A stretch of DNA of 40,000 nt from Hasllibacter sp. MH4015 (lineage in GTDB: Bacteria; Pseudomonadota; Alphaproteobacteria; Rhodobacterales; Rhodobacteraceae): NCBI RefSeq assembly GCF_020177575.1, contig NZ_JAHTBK010000001.1, forward strand, positions 1,259,875 to 1,299,874. The letters run 5' to 3'. The notes beneath the pieces were generated by a model, which saw only the letters and a list, made by a program, of their open reading frames with translations, made no database searches and was not told where the DNA came from. Shown here piece by piece: positions 1-9,124 of the stretch; position 1 is the first letter of the stretch; each line of letters begins with the position of its first letter. Position numbers and translations under genes: made by a program.

Positions 1-1
1 T

Positions 2-340
2 GGCATCGCGGAATTGATCACAGCGGTAGATCAGGATTTGTCGATTACCTTCGTCCTGATGAATGACGCGGCTTATGGCGTGATCGAGAACATTCAGGAT
101 GCACAATATGATGGTCGCAGACACTATTCCAAGCTGAAGACGCCCGACTTCAAGATCCTCTGCCAATCCATTGATATGCCGCATGTTTCGGTGTCGGCGA
201 TCGAGGATTTTCCGAAGGTGTTCGACGGCACGCTTTCCGCTTCCGGCCCCGTGTTGGTCGAGGTCGACATGAATGCCATCGGCCCCTTCGCGGAGTCCTT
301 TGCCGGACCGCCCGCGGGTGCTGCCGGGGGTAAGACATGA
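2..340 (+). CDS. Thiamine-pyrophosphate-dependent enzyme, C-terminal TPP-binding part (5' end lies left of the window)
   Basis: The frame is open from nt 2 (GIAELITAVDQDL...). FVLMNDAAYGVIENIQ...GPVLVEVDM fits the C-terminal TPP-binding domain pattern of the acetolactate-synthase/benzoylformate-decarboxylase superfamily. The stop overlaps the next start as ATGA (337-340). Confidence 0.75.
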   Translation, partial: GIAELITAVDQDLSITFVLMNDAAYGVIENIQDAQYDGRRHYSKLKTPDFKILCQSIDMPHVSVSAIEDFPKVFDGTLSASGPVLVEVDMNAIGPFAESFAGPPAGAAGGKT

Positions 341-1143
341 GCCTTGGCCATATCGCAATCATTGGGTTCGGGGCCATCGGGCGGGATTTGGTAGACATCC
401 TCGCCCAAAACGGTCCGCCTTCGCGCCTGTCGCTTCTGGTGCGGGAGGCGCTCGTGGCGGAGATTGAGGCGGAGGTCGGGAAAGCGATCACCGTGACCTC
501 CGATCTGGAAACGCTTCTGGCCAGCGCGCCGGATGTTGTTGTGGAATGCGCGGGCCACGGGGCGGTCGCGGCCCATGGTGCGGCGATCCTGTCCCACGGC
601 ACTGATCTGGTCGTGGCCTCCGCGGGGGCCTTGGCCGATGCCGGTCTTGCCGCGGCGTTGGAGGCGGCGGCGCGTGGCTCGGGTGCCCAATGCGTTGTGC
701 CGTCTGGTGCCATCGGTGGGATCGACGCGCTTGGCGCGGCGCGGCTGTCGGGGCTGACGCAAGTAGCCTATACAGGCACGAAACCACCCGCGGCATGGGC
801 CGGAACTCCGGCGCAAGATGTGACGGACCTCCGAACCCTGACCGAGCCATTCACCTTCTTCGAAGGCACCGCGCGGGAGGCCGCGCAGTTGTATCCCAAG
901 AATGCCAATGTCGCGGCCACTTTGGCGCTGGCGGGCCTTGGCATGGACCGGACGGAGGTCCATCTGGTGGCCGATCCGACGACGTCCGAGAACACGCACA
1001 CCTTCGCCGTCACCTCGGCGGCGCTCGATTTCTCGATGCGCCTGGTCGGCAAACCCTCACCCCGCAATCCCAAGACCTCCCGTTCCACCGTCTACAGCAT
1101 CGCGCGCGCCGTTCTGAACCGAAGCGCCGCGATCGCCATCTGA
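337..1143 (+). CDS. Aspartate-dehydrogenase-domain protein (NadX-like oxidoreductase)
   Basis: N-terminal Rossmann motif IIGFGAIG. The C-terminal block FFEGTAREAAQLYPKNANVAATLALAGLG...VHLVADP...NPKTSRSTVYSIARAVLN matches the Asp-DH C-terminal domain pattern. Translationally coupled to the upstream gene (ATGA). Confidence 0.8.
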   Translation: MSLGHIAIIGFGAIGRDLVDILAQNGPPSRLSLLVREALVAEIEAEVGKAITVTSDLETLLASAPDVVVECAGHGAVAAHGAAILSHGTDLVVASAGALADAGLAAALEAAARGSGAQCVVPSGAIGGIDALGAARLSGLTQVAYTGTKPPAAWAGTPAQDVTDLRTLTEPFTFFEGTAREAAQLYPKNANVAATLALAGLGMDRTEVHLVADPTTSENTHTFAVTSAALDFSMRLVGKPSPRNPKTSRSTVYSIARAVLNRSAAIAI

Positions 1144-1150
1144 GGATTCC

Positions 1151-2629
1151 ATGGACCAGACCTTTCGCGACGACCTGATTTTTGTGGGCGGCCAGTGGCA
1201 ACGGGGACGCGGCGCACCGATTGCGTCTCACTTCGCGGCGGATGGTGCGCTGAACACCACGATCACAGGTGCATCGGCGCAGGATGTGGAAGACGCGATC
1301 GACCGCGCGAAGGCAGCGCAACCGGCCTGGGGGGCGCTGAAGCCCCATGAACGGGCGAGTGTTCTTCTGCGCATATCCGACGGGATCGCGGCGAATATCG
1401 AGAGGATCGCGTGGGTGCAGAGCCGCGACACCTCCAAGACGCTGACGGAGACACGGGCGCTTGCGACCTCCGCCGCTGGGACATTCCGGTATTTCGCGGC
1501 GGTGGCGGAGACGGCGGACGAATTGCTGACCGTGCCGCGCGGGGACTACACGACCTCGTCAATTCACGAACCGCTCGGCCTCGTGGCGGCGATCACGCCC
1601 TGGAATTCGCCCATCGCCTCCGACGCGCAGAAGATCGCCCCGGCCCTGGCGGCGGGAAATGCCGTCTTGCTGAAACCCGCCAGCTGGTCGCCGCTTGTCA
1701 GTCTGGAACTTGCCCGGATCGCGGAGGACGCGGGGTTGCCCTCCGGCCTTCTGTCGGTCTTGCCCGGATCGGGGCGGGAGGTCGGTAACCTGCTTGTGGA
1801 GCATCCCGATATCGCCAAGGTCTCCTTCACCGGGGGGACGGATACCGGGCGCCGTCTGGCCCATGCCGCGGCAGACAAGCTGATGCCGGTGTCGTTGGAA
1901 CTTGGGGGCAAATCGCCCACCATCGTTTTTTCCGATTGCGACACGAATCTGGCCATCGCGGGCATCCTGTTCGGTATTTTCTCGTCCTCCGGGCAAAGCT
2001 GCATCGCAGGCTCGCGCCTGTTCGTGGAGCGGTCGATCTATGAGGATTTCGTCGCGCGATTGGTGACGGCGACGGAGGCCCTGCGGGTCGGGCATCCGTT
2101 CGATCCGGCCACGCAGGTCTCGTCCCTCGTCCATCCCGATCACCGCGCAAGCGTGGAGCAATATGTGGAGATCGCGCGCGGGGAGGGGGGAGAGGTGCTG
2201 TGTGGCGGCGCGCGTGCCGAAGATCCGGCGCTGCAAGCCGGTGCGTTTTACCTGCCCACGATCATCGCGGGCCTCGACAACACGGCGCAGACCTGCCGGG
2301 AGGAAATTTTCGGCCCGGTCCTTGTCGTGCTGCCGTTCGAGGACGAGGCAGACGTGATCGCGCAATCCAACGACAACCAATATGGTCTGGCATGCGGGAT
2401 CTGGTCAAATGACCACCGCCGATGCCAGCGCGTCGCGAAGGCCATTCGCGCAGGGACCGTTTGGGTGAACACCTACAAGCAATTCTCCATCTCAACCCCG
2501 TTCGGTGGCGATGGGGCCAGCGGCATGGGTCGTGAGAAGGGGCGCGCGGGACTACGCGCCTACCAGCGGCAGAAATCCATCTACGAGGATATGTCGGGTC
2601 AGCCGCATCCGTGGGCCAGATGGCCCTAG
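1151..2629 (+). CDS. NAD(P)-dependent aldehyde dehydrogenase
   Basis: Catalytic Glu motif LELGGKSP, catalytic Cys motif GQSCIAGSR, and EEIFGPV and PFGG..SGMGRE motifs. 492 aa. GAGGA ribosome-binding site 5 nt upstream. Confidence 0.92.
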   Translation: MDQTFRDDLIFVGGQWQRGRGAPIASHFAADGALNTTITGASAQDVEDAIDRAKAAQPAWGALKPHERASVLLRISDGIAANIERIAWVQSRDTSKTLTETRALATSAAGTFRYFAAVAETADELLTVPRGDYTTSSIHEPLGLVAAITPWNSPIASDAQKIAPALAAGNAVLLKPASWSPLVSLELARIAEDAGLPSGLLSVLPGSGREVGNLLVEHPDIAKVSFTGGTDTGRRLAHAAADKLMPVSLELGGKSPTIVFSDCDTNLAIAGILFGIFSSSGQSCIAGSRLFVERSIYEDFVARLVTATEALRVGHPFDPATQVSSLVHPDHRASVEQYVEIARGEGGEVLCGGARAEDPALQAGAFYLPTIIAGLDNTAQTCREEIFGPVLVVLPFEDEADVIAQSNDNQYGLACGIWSNDHRRCQRVAKAIRAGTVWVNTYKQFSISTPFGGDGASGMGREKGRAGLRAYQRQKSIYEDMSGQPHPWARWP

Positions 2630-3408
2630 CCGTCGAGATATCCAAGCTCGGCCGACGCCGTCCGGGCCGCCGTCAGAACGGCATCGCTGAGCGCCACGTC
2701 ATTGCCGGTAAATCGCGCCTCGGGACCGGACACATTGAGGCCCGCAATCGCTTGGCCCGTATGGTCGAAAATGGCCGCCGCGCAGGATCCGATGCCGGGC
2801 TCGTAATTTCCTTCGCTCCACGCGAACCCCGCCGCCTTGTCGCGATGGGCCTGCGCGATGATCGCCTCGATCGTCTCGGGCGTCTTTTCGGTGGCCTGTT
2901 CCGGCTCATCTCCGGCGAAGAGTTGGCGCAGGGTCGCGTCGGGGAATTCCGCGAGGATCGCGCGCCCGATGGAGGAGGCATGGGCCAGAAGCCGCGAGCC
3001 GGTCCGCACGTTGCTGACAAGGTGCGAGTTCGGAGCCTCCCGTCCCAGATAGATGATGTCGCGCCCCTCCAGCACACCCAGATGGGCGGACATGCCGGTG
3101 TCGCGGCAGAGGTTGCGCAGGACCGGTTGGCAGACCTGGACGAAATCCCGGCTGTGGATGGCTTGCGCGCCGAGGCTGACCATTCCGGCGCCAAGCCGAT
3201 ATCCCGCGCCGTCGCCCAATTCCTCGATCATACGGTGATCCAGAAGCGTGTGGATCAGGCGGATCAGGGTGGTGCGGTTGATGCCCAGATCCCGGGACAC
3301 GACCGACAGGTTCCGGGCGCGTTCGCCTTCCCCGATGTAGCGCAGGAGCTTCAGGGCACGTTCAACCGGTGGAACGGAATAGCCTGTCGGGGACGGTGCT
3401 TCGGTCAT
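2626..3408 (-). CDS. IclR-family transcriptional regulator
   Basis: N-terminal winged-helix part (VERALKLLRYI...LSVVSRDLGINRTTLIRLIHTL) plus an IclR effector domain. I trimmed the track ORF (to 3486) to the ATG at 3408, which has a GGAG 9 nt upstream and gives a typical 260 aa. Confidence 0.85.
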   Translation of the reverse strand: MTEAPSPTGYSVPPVERALKLLRYIGEGERARNLSVVSRDLGINRTTLIRLIHTLLDHRMIEELGDGAGYRLGAGMVSLGAQAIHSRDFVQVCQPVLRNLCRDTGMSAHLGVLEGRDIIYLGREAPNSHLVSNVRTGSRLLAHASSIGRAILAEFPDATLRQLFAGDEPEQATEKTPETIEAIIAQAHRDKAAGFAWSEGNYEPGIGSCAAAIFDHTGQAIAGLNVSGPEARFTGNDVALSDAVLTAARTASAELGYLDG

Positions 3409-3502
3409 CTCGGTCACTCCAGTCGTCCCGGCGCGGAAAGGCGCTCCGTACCCGGCCCGTATTGCGGAAAAGAGTTGACCGGACAAGGGCGCATCAATAG
3501 GC

Positions 3503-3521
3503 TTTGAACAGATAGTTCAAA
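3503..3521. promoter_or_regulatory. Perfect 7-5-7 inverted repeat TTTGAAC-agata-GTTCAAA in the divergent IclR/hydroxylase intergenic region; candidate IclR operator
   Basis: Read directly from the sequence. It overlaps a second dyad GTTC-aaaata-GAAC (3515-3528). It lies 10-34 nt upstream of the two possible hydroxylase starts. Confidence 0.4.
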
Positions 3522-3530
3522 ATAGAACAC

Positions 3531-4715
3531 TTGGCAATGGGGGAAAGAGACAGCGTGAAACTTTCCATAGGCATATGCGGGGGCGGCGTCGGCGGGTTGT
3601 GCGCAGCGATTGCCCTGCGGAAAGCCGGTCACGCTGTTGAAGTGTTCGAGAAGGCGCGCGCCATCAATCGCGTGGGCGCTGATATCAACCTGACCCCGAA
3701 CGCCGTCTTCGCCCTCGATCAACTTGGTGTGGGGGAATATCTGCGCCACAGTGCGGCGCGCCCGAGTTTTCGCATCAGCCGCGACGGGATCAGCGGGGAA
3801 GAGACGTCTCGCCTGCCCATGTCATCGGCGGCGGAGGAGAAGTACGGCGCCCCGCAGTTGACGATCCACCGCGCCGATCTGCTTGATGCGCTGCGCGATC
3901 AATTGCCCGACGGCGTGTTGCAGCTTGGAAAGGCAGCGGCGGGTCTGGACCTGCACAATGGCCATGCAACGCTCGGCTTCGCGGATGGTGGTGAACGCGA
4001 CTTCGATCTGGTCGTGGGCGCGGACGGTATCCATTCCGTTATCCGCACCGCGCTGTGGGGGGAGGATCAGCCACGCTATACCGGCATGGTGTCCTATCGC
4101 GGCACGTTTCCCAGCACCAAGTCGGCGGGGCTGCCGGATACGGACGCCTTTACCAAGTGGTGGGGCGAGATCCCGGAGAAACAGATCGTCACGTTCCCCC
4201 TGACGCAGGGGAAGGAAATCTTCGTGTTCGCGACCCTGCCGCAGGAGGATTGGTCCGAGGAAGGCTGGACGCTGCCCGGGGATGTCGACGACCTCCGCCG
4301 GTCCTATGCCAATTTCCACGAGGATGCGCGCAAGCTGATCGACGCGCTCGACGAGGTCACGCGATCCGCGCTCCACGTGCGCGATCCGATGCCGCAATGG
4401 GCCAAGGGGCGCGCGACGTTGCTGGGGGATGCGGCCCATCCGATGGTCCCGTTCATGGCGCAGGGCGCGTGCATGGCGATCGAGGATGCCGTGGTCCTGG
4501 GCCGCGCGCTTGATGACACATCGGACGATCTGGACGCCGCGCTTGCGCGGTACGAAACGGAACGCAAGCCCCGCACCGCGCGGGTCCAGGAAAGCTCGCT
4601 TGCCAATGACTGGCTCAAGAAAGCCGGCAATGCGGATTGGGTCTACGGCTATGACGCCTGGACCACGCCGCTTACCAAAACACAAAACGGGAGTTCCCAT
4701 GAAACACGCATTTAA
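3531..4715 (+). CDS. FAD-dependent aromatic hydroxylase (class A flavoprotein monooxygenase, salicylate/3-hydroxybenzoate hydroxylase-like)
   Basis: GxGxxG dinucleotide fold ICGGGVGGLCAAIAL and the GDAAHPMVPFMAQGACMAIEDA fingerprint. The alternative GTG start at 3555 (MKLSIGICGGG) is at least as plausible. Confidence 0.9.
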   Translation: MAMGERDSVKLSIGICGGGVGGLCAAIALRKAGHAVEVFEKARAINRVGADINLTPNAVFALDQLGVGEYLRHSAARPSFRISRDGISGEETSRLPMSSAAEEKYGAPQLTIHRADLLDALRDQLPDGVLQLGKAAAGLDLHNGHATLGFADGGERDFDLVVGADGIHSVIRTALWGEDQPRYTGMVSYRGTFPSTKSAGLPDTDAFTKWWGEIPEKQIVTFPLTQGKEIFVFATLPQEDWSEEGWTLPGDVDDLRRSYANFHEDARKLIDALDEVTRSALHVRDPMPQWAKGRATLLGDAAHPMVPFMAQGACMAIEDAVVLGRALDDTSDDLDAALARYETERKPRTARVQESSLANDWLKKAGNADWVYGYDAWTTPLTKTQNGSSHETRI

Positions 4716-5670
4716 GACCGCCCTCGTCGCGGCAAGTCTTCTGACCGCGCCCGCTGCAATCGCCGATCCGATCGAGATCAACGCCGTCACCCTTGCGCCG
4801 CGGTCCGTATACATCACGCAGCCCTTCGGCCAGTTCGTCGAGGAAGTGAACGAGATGTTCGAGGGCGAGATCCAGATCAACTGGCGCGGCGGCCCGGAAG
4901 TGATGCCGCCCTTCGGTCAGGCCGAAGGGGTGCGCAACGGAGCGATGGGCATGACCTATACCAGCCCCAGCTACCATCAGGGCCTTGTGCCGACCTCGGG
5001 CACGATGAACCTGTCCTTCCTCAACTACGAGGAGATCGCCGCGACGGATTACCACGAGCGGATGACGGAACTGCACGCGGAGCAGGACCTGATGTTCCTT
5101 GGGGAGATCCCGGCCACGCAGCTGAACTTCCAGATCTACATGCGCGAAGAGGTCACGAGCCTTGCGGACCTTGAAGGTTTGCGCATCCGTGTCTTCCCGA
5201 CGCTTCTGCCGCTGGTCCAGGCGCTCGGCGCGGAGCCGATCGTTCTGCCCATGGGTGAGATCTATACCGCGTTGGAGCGGGGCACGATTGACGGCTATAT
5301 GCAGGGCCCCCTTGGTCAGGCGGAGCAATTCGGCGGTCTGGTCAGCACCGTGATTCAGCCCGGTGTCTACCGTGCGGGTTTCCCGGTTCTGATGAACATG
5401 GACATCTGGAACGAGATGTCGCCGGACCTTCAGGATCGCCTGATGACCTTCCTGCGTGAAGATTTCGCGCCACGTATGGACGACATCTGGGCCGATGATA
5501 TCGCCGAGGAACGGGCCGCCATGGAAGCGGCCGGGTTCCAGTTCCTTGAGCTGACGGGCGAAGAGGCCGAGCGTTACGAGGACATGGCCATGGACGCCGC
5601 GTGGGCCGTGACGGCCGAGAATGCGGGCGAAGAGATCGCCGCAGAGCTGCGCGCCATGCTGGACCGTTAA
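4699..5670 (+). CDS. TRAP transporter solute-binding protein (DctP family)
   Basis: The track ORF starts at 4429. I trimmed it to the ATG at 4699, which gives a signal peptide MKHAFKTALVAASLLTAPAAIA. About 323 aa, followed directly by DctQ- and DctM-type genes. Overlaps the hydroxylase 3' end by 17 nt. Confidence 0.85.
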   Translation: MKHAFKTALVAASLLTAPAAIADPIEINAVTLAPRSVYITQPFGQFVEEVNEMFEGEIQINWRGGPEVMPPFGQAEGVRNGAMGMTYTSPSYHQGLVPTSGTMNLSFLNYEEIAATDYHERMTELHAEQDLMFLGEIPATQLNFQIYMREEVTSLADLEGLRIRVFPTLLPLVQALGAEPIVLPMGEIYTALERGTIDGYMQGPLGQAEQFGGLVSTVIQPGVYRAGFPVLMNMDIWNEMSPDLQDRLMTFLREDFAPRMDDIWADDIAEERAAMEAAGFQFLELTGEEAERYEDMAMDAAWAVTAENAGEEIAAELRAMLDR

Positions 5671-5741
5671 GGGCCCGCACAACGATTTGGCGGAGCCGCA
5701 TCCATTTCGGCTCCGCCAGCTTTTTCAGGGAAAGACCGCAG

Positions 5742-6242
5742 GTGGATCAGACCTTCACGCAAGTCAGGCGCGTCTTCAGCGTGGTGAACCTCGTCTGCGC
5801 CTGCATTGGGGCGACCATGCTGTTCGGCATCGCGCTCATCATCTGTTTCGAGGTCACGGTCCGTGCCCTGGGCGGCGCATCCCAGTTGTGGGTGATCGAG
5901 GGCAGCGAATATGCGCTGTTGTTCATCACGTTCCTCGGCGCGCCGTACCTGCTCGAAAAGAACATGCACGTGGTGCTGGACCTGCTTTACGACAGTCTGT
6001 CAGGCCGTCCAAGGCTGGCGCTTCAGGTCCTGAACGCGAGTATCGGTTTCGTGTTGTGCGCCGTGCTTACCGTCGTGGGGATCAGCGTCGTGATCGAGCA
6101 ATTCGATCTGGGTGTGCGGCAAGTGACGGTCATGCGCCCGCTGAGTTGGTGGATCACCGCCGCATTGCCCCTCGGGATGGGGCTCATGGCAATTCAGTTT
6201 CTGTTCCAGGCAATCCGGTCGCTGCGCGGCGAGGTGCTTTGA
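5742..6242 (+). CDS. TRAP transporter small permease (DctQ family)
   Basis: About 166 aa with four hydrophobic segments, located between the DctP- and DctM-type genes. Trimmed from 5601 to the in-frame GTG at 5742. The start is uncertain. Confidence 0.78.
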   Translation: MDQTFTQVRRVFSVVNLVCACIGATMLFGIALIICFEVTVRALGGASQLWVIEGSEYALLFITFLGAPYLLEKNMHVVLDLLYDSLSGRPRLALQVLNASIGFVLCAVLTVVGISVVIEQFDLGVRQVTVMRPLSWWITAALPLGMGLMAIQFLFQAIRSLRGEVL

Positions 6243-6245
6243 ACG

Positions 6246-7562
6246 ATGGAATGGTATGTCACGCTCATCATCGTACTGGTGCCGCTTTTCGTGATGATGA
6301 TGGCGGGGCTTCCGGTCGCGTTTTCCTTCCTCGCGGTCAATCTGGTCGGCTCCTACCTTTTGATGGGCGGGTTTGCGGGGATCGAGCAATTGGTGCTGAA
6401 CACGGTTGATTCCGTGTCGAGCTTCACGCTCATCCCCATCGCGCTTTTCATGATCATGGGGGAGGCGATGTTCCGGTCGGGCATCGCCATCGACTTGATG
6501 GACACGCTGGACAAATGGTTCGGCAAGCTGCGTGGGCGACTTGCGCTGATGGCCGTGGGCGGGGGCGTCCTCTTCTCGACGCTCACCGGCAATTCCATGG
6601 GCTCCATTGCGCTTCTGGGCTCCTCGCTCACGCCTGAGATGGAGAAGCGAGGCTACGCCAAGTCGATGTCACTTGGCCCGATCCTCGGCTCTTCCGGCCT
6701 CGCGATCATGATCCCGCCCTCGTCGCTGGCGGTTGTGCTTGGCGTCATCGGCGACATTTCCATCGGGCGCATCCTGATCGGGATCATCGTACCGGGGCTT
6801 TTGATGGCGTTGCTCTACGTTATCTACATCCTTGGCCGCTGCCACCTCCAGCCGCACCTTGCCCCGTCCTTTGACGTGCCACCCGTCCCGCTGAGCGAGA
6901 AGGTCAAGGCGACCGCGATCAATATCGTGCCGCTGGCCTTCGTCGTCTTCTCCGTCGTGGGCGTGATCTTCCTTGGCATTGCAACACCCAGTGAAGCCGC
7001 GGCGACGGGGGCATTCGCCACGCTCTTTCTTGCCGCGATCCGCCGCCGCCTGACGCCCCGTATCTTCGGGGAGACGATGTTCTCCAGCGCCAATATCTCG
7101 GTCATGGTTCTGCTGATCGTGTCGGGCGCGGTGACGTTCTCGCAATTGCTGGCGTTCACGGGCGCGACCTACGGAATGGTCGACGCGGTCCTTTCGCTCG
7201 ATATTTCGAACGAGGCGATCGTCTTCATGATGATCATGCTGGTCGTCTTCATGGGCATGTTCATGGGACCGCTGCCGATCATGTTGATCACGCTGCCGAT
7301 CTTCATTCCGGTGATCCAGCAATTCGGGATGGATCCGATCTGGTTCGCGGCGATGTTCCTTGTGGCGATTGAGACGGGGGCGACCTCACCCCCCTTCGGC
7401 GCGGCCCTGTTCGTGATGAAGGCGGTGGCGCCCAAAGGCACGACGATGGCCGATATCTACCGTGCGGCGGTGCCGTTCATCATCTGTGATTTGATCGCGA
7501 TCCTGCTTTTGTTCTTCATTCCGGAACTCGTGACCTATCCGGTAGACCTGATGTTCCGATGA
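6246..7562 (+). CDS. TRAP transporter large permease (DctM family)
   Basis: 438-aa polytopic membrane protein of typical DctM size and composition. Starts 3 nt after the DctQ stop. Its stop overlaps the sulfatase start as ATGA. Confidence 0.9.
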   Translation: MEWYVTLIIVLVPLFVMMMAGLPVAFSFLAVNLVGSYLLMGGFAGIEQLVLNTVDSVSSFTLIPIALFMIMGEAMFRSGIAIDLMDTLDKWFGKLRGRLALMAVGGGVLFSTLTGNSMGSIALLGSSLTPEMEKRGYAKSMSLGPILGSSGLAIMIPPSSLAVVLGVIGDISIGRILIGIIVPGLLMALLYVIYILGRCHLQPHLAPSFDVPPVPLSEKVKATAINIVPLAFVVFSVVGVIFLGIATPSEAAATGAFATLFLAAIRRRLTPRIFGETMFSSANISVMVLLIVSGAVTFSQLLAFTGATYGMVDAVLSLDISNEAIVFMMIMLVVFMGMFMGPLPIMLITLPIFIPVIQQFGMDPIWFAAMFLVAIETGATSPPFGAALFVMKAVAPKGTTMADIYRAAVPFIICDLIAILLLFFIPELVTYPVDLMFR

Positions 7563-9121
7563 CGCGCCCAAATATCCTCATCGTGATGACGGATCAGCAA
7601 CGCGCGGATCACCTGGGCTGCTATGGCAACCCTATCGTACGGACGCCCCATATCGACGGGCTGGCCGCGCGCGGCACGCGGTTTGACAAATTCTACGTTG
7701 CAAACCCGATTTGCCAGCCCAACCGCGCGGCCCTTGCCACGGGACAATTGACCAGCGTCAACGGGTGTCGGCAGAACGGCATCCCCCTTGGCCTGGATTG
7801 CACCACCTATGCCGACGTTCTGCGCGCGGTGGGGTACCGGACGGGGCTGGTGGGCAAAGCGCATTTCCAGAACGTCTCGCCCATCCCGGCCAAACGCCCG
7901 GAGGCGAAAGGCGCGGGCGACGTGCCGCCCACCCCGTTCGAGCTTGCGCGCCGCAGCCAACGCGCGGGGCCGGTTTACGGGCACGAAGTCCGGACGGTCT
8001 GGGTCGACGATCCGGATCACGACATCCCAACACCCTATTACGGCTTCGACCATCTGCGATTGTGCATCGGCCACGGCGACCAGGTTGAGGGGCATTACAC
8101 GAAGTGGCTGCTCGACCGGCTGAACGGCGCGCCGGATCCGAGGGGACGGGGCGCGGCGCTTGACAACGGACCGCAGGAGGCACCGCAAATCTGGCGCACC
8201 GCGGTGCCGGAACATCTGTATCCCACCGCTTTCGTGGGGGAGGAAGCCTGCGCCTTCCTGAGGGAACCGAGCGACGATCCGTTCCTGCTTCTCGCGTCGT
8301 TCCCGGACCCGCACCACCCCTTCACCCCGCCCGGGCATTATTACGACCTGTACGACCCGGACGACATCCCGCTGCCCGAAAGCTTCGATCACCCAACGGC
8401 GGCGCGTACCGACCTTCCGGCGCATATGCAGCGCGTCTACCAGATCGGCGCAGAGAAGCCGGATGCCTTTTGGCCGTTCCACACCGATGCCGATGCAACG
8501 CGTCGGATGATCGCATTGAATTACGGCGCGATCACCATGATCGACGATTGGGTCGGACGCATTCTGGCAACGCTGGAGGACAGCGGGAAGGCCGACGACA
8601 CGATTGTCGTCTTCATGTCCGATCACGGCGATTACATGGGCGATCACGGCACCGTTCTGAAGCACGGGCTGCACACGCAGGGACTGATCCGGGTCCCGAT
8701 GATCTGGGTCGATCCGCGGCGGGACGCGGGCGTGGCGACGATTCAGGGCAGCGCGATTGATTTCGCACCGACTCTTCTGCAAGCCGTTGGCTTGGCCTGT
8801 CCCATCGGGATGCAGGGTCGCGATCTGCTGGCCCCAGCGGCGGAGGATCTTCCGGTCCTTATCGAGGATGCGGGCCTGGCCTTCGCCAGTGAAGATGGTC
8901 TGACCGCGAGCCGAACGCTCGTGCATCAAAACTGGCGGATGACGCTTTTCGAGGGGAGCGATCTGGGCGAGCTGTACGACCTGACCGCCGATCCCCACGA
9001 ATTGGCGAACCTTTGGACCGATCCGGCCGCGTCCGACCGAAAAGCCGCCATGACGGCTCACCTTGCGCACCGACAGATGGCGCTGCGTGATACTTCGCTC
9101 CTCTCAACGCATCAGGCCTGA
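7559..9121 (+). CDS. Sulfatase (type I, Cys/formylglycine type), apparently cytoplasmic
   Basis: PNILIVMTDQQRADHLGCYG...TPHIDGLAARG...PICQPNRAALATG contains the C-x-P-x-R formylglycine motif. Also SDHGDYMGDHG. There is no signal peptide: the catalytic domain starts at residue 4. Confidence 0.9.
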   Translation: MTRPNILIVMTDQQRADHLGCYGNPIVRTPHIDGLAARGTRFDKFYVANPICQPNRAALATGQLTSVNGCRQNGIPLGLDCTTYADVLRAVGYRTGLVGKAHFQNVSPIPAKRPEAKGAGDVPPTPFELARRSQRAGPVYGHEVRTVWVDDPDHDIPTPYYGFDHLRLCIGHGDQVEGHYTKWLLDRLNGAPDPRGRGAALDNGPQEAPQIWRTAVPEHLYPTAFVGEEACAFLREPSDDPFLLLASFPDPHHPFTPPGHYYDLYDPDDIPLPESFDHPTAARTDLPAHMQRVYQIGAEKPDAFWPFHTDADATRRMIALNYGAITMIDDWVGRILATLEDSGKADDTIVVFMSDHGDYMGDHGTVLKHGLHTQGLIRVPMIWVDPRRDAGVATIQGSAIDFAPTLLQAVGLACPIGMQGRDLLAPAAEDLPVLIEDAGLAFASEDGLTASRTLVHQNWRMTLFEGSDLGELYDLTADPHELANLWTDPAASDRKAAMTAHLAHRQMALRDTSLLSTHQA

Positions 9122-9124
9122 ACG

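Noticed and set aside
4429-4698. Long N-terminal extensions of track ORFs (4429 for DctP, 12685 for Rieske, 18971 for XdhC, 22654 for XdhA, 22475 for LysR, 33530 for MgtC, 3486 for IclR)
   Set aside because: The extensions overlap neighbouring genes and are Arg/Pro-rich. Internal starts with Shine-Dalgarno-like sequences, a signal peptide (DctP) or (for LysR) the onset of the conserved HTH give family-typical lengths.
7535-9070. 511-aa minus-strand ORF
   Set aside because: It is exactly antisense to the sulfatase gene, has R/G/P/H-rich low-complexity composition and no family motifs. This is a typical high-GC shadow ORF. The same applies to 124-999(-), 2611-3507(+), 3822-4880(-), 4672-5682(-) and 12373-13464(+).
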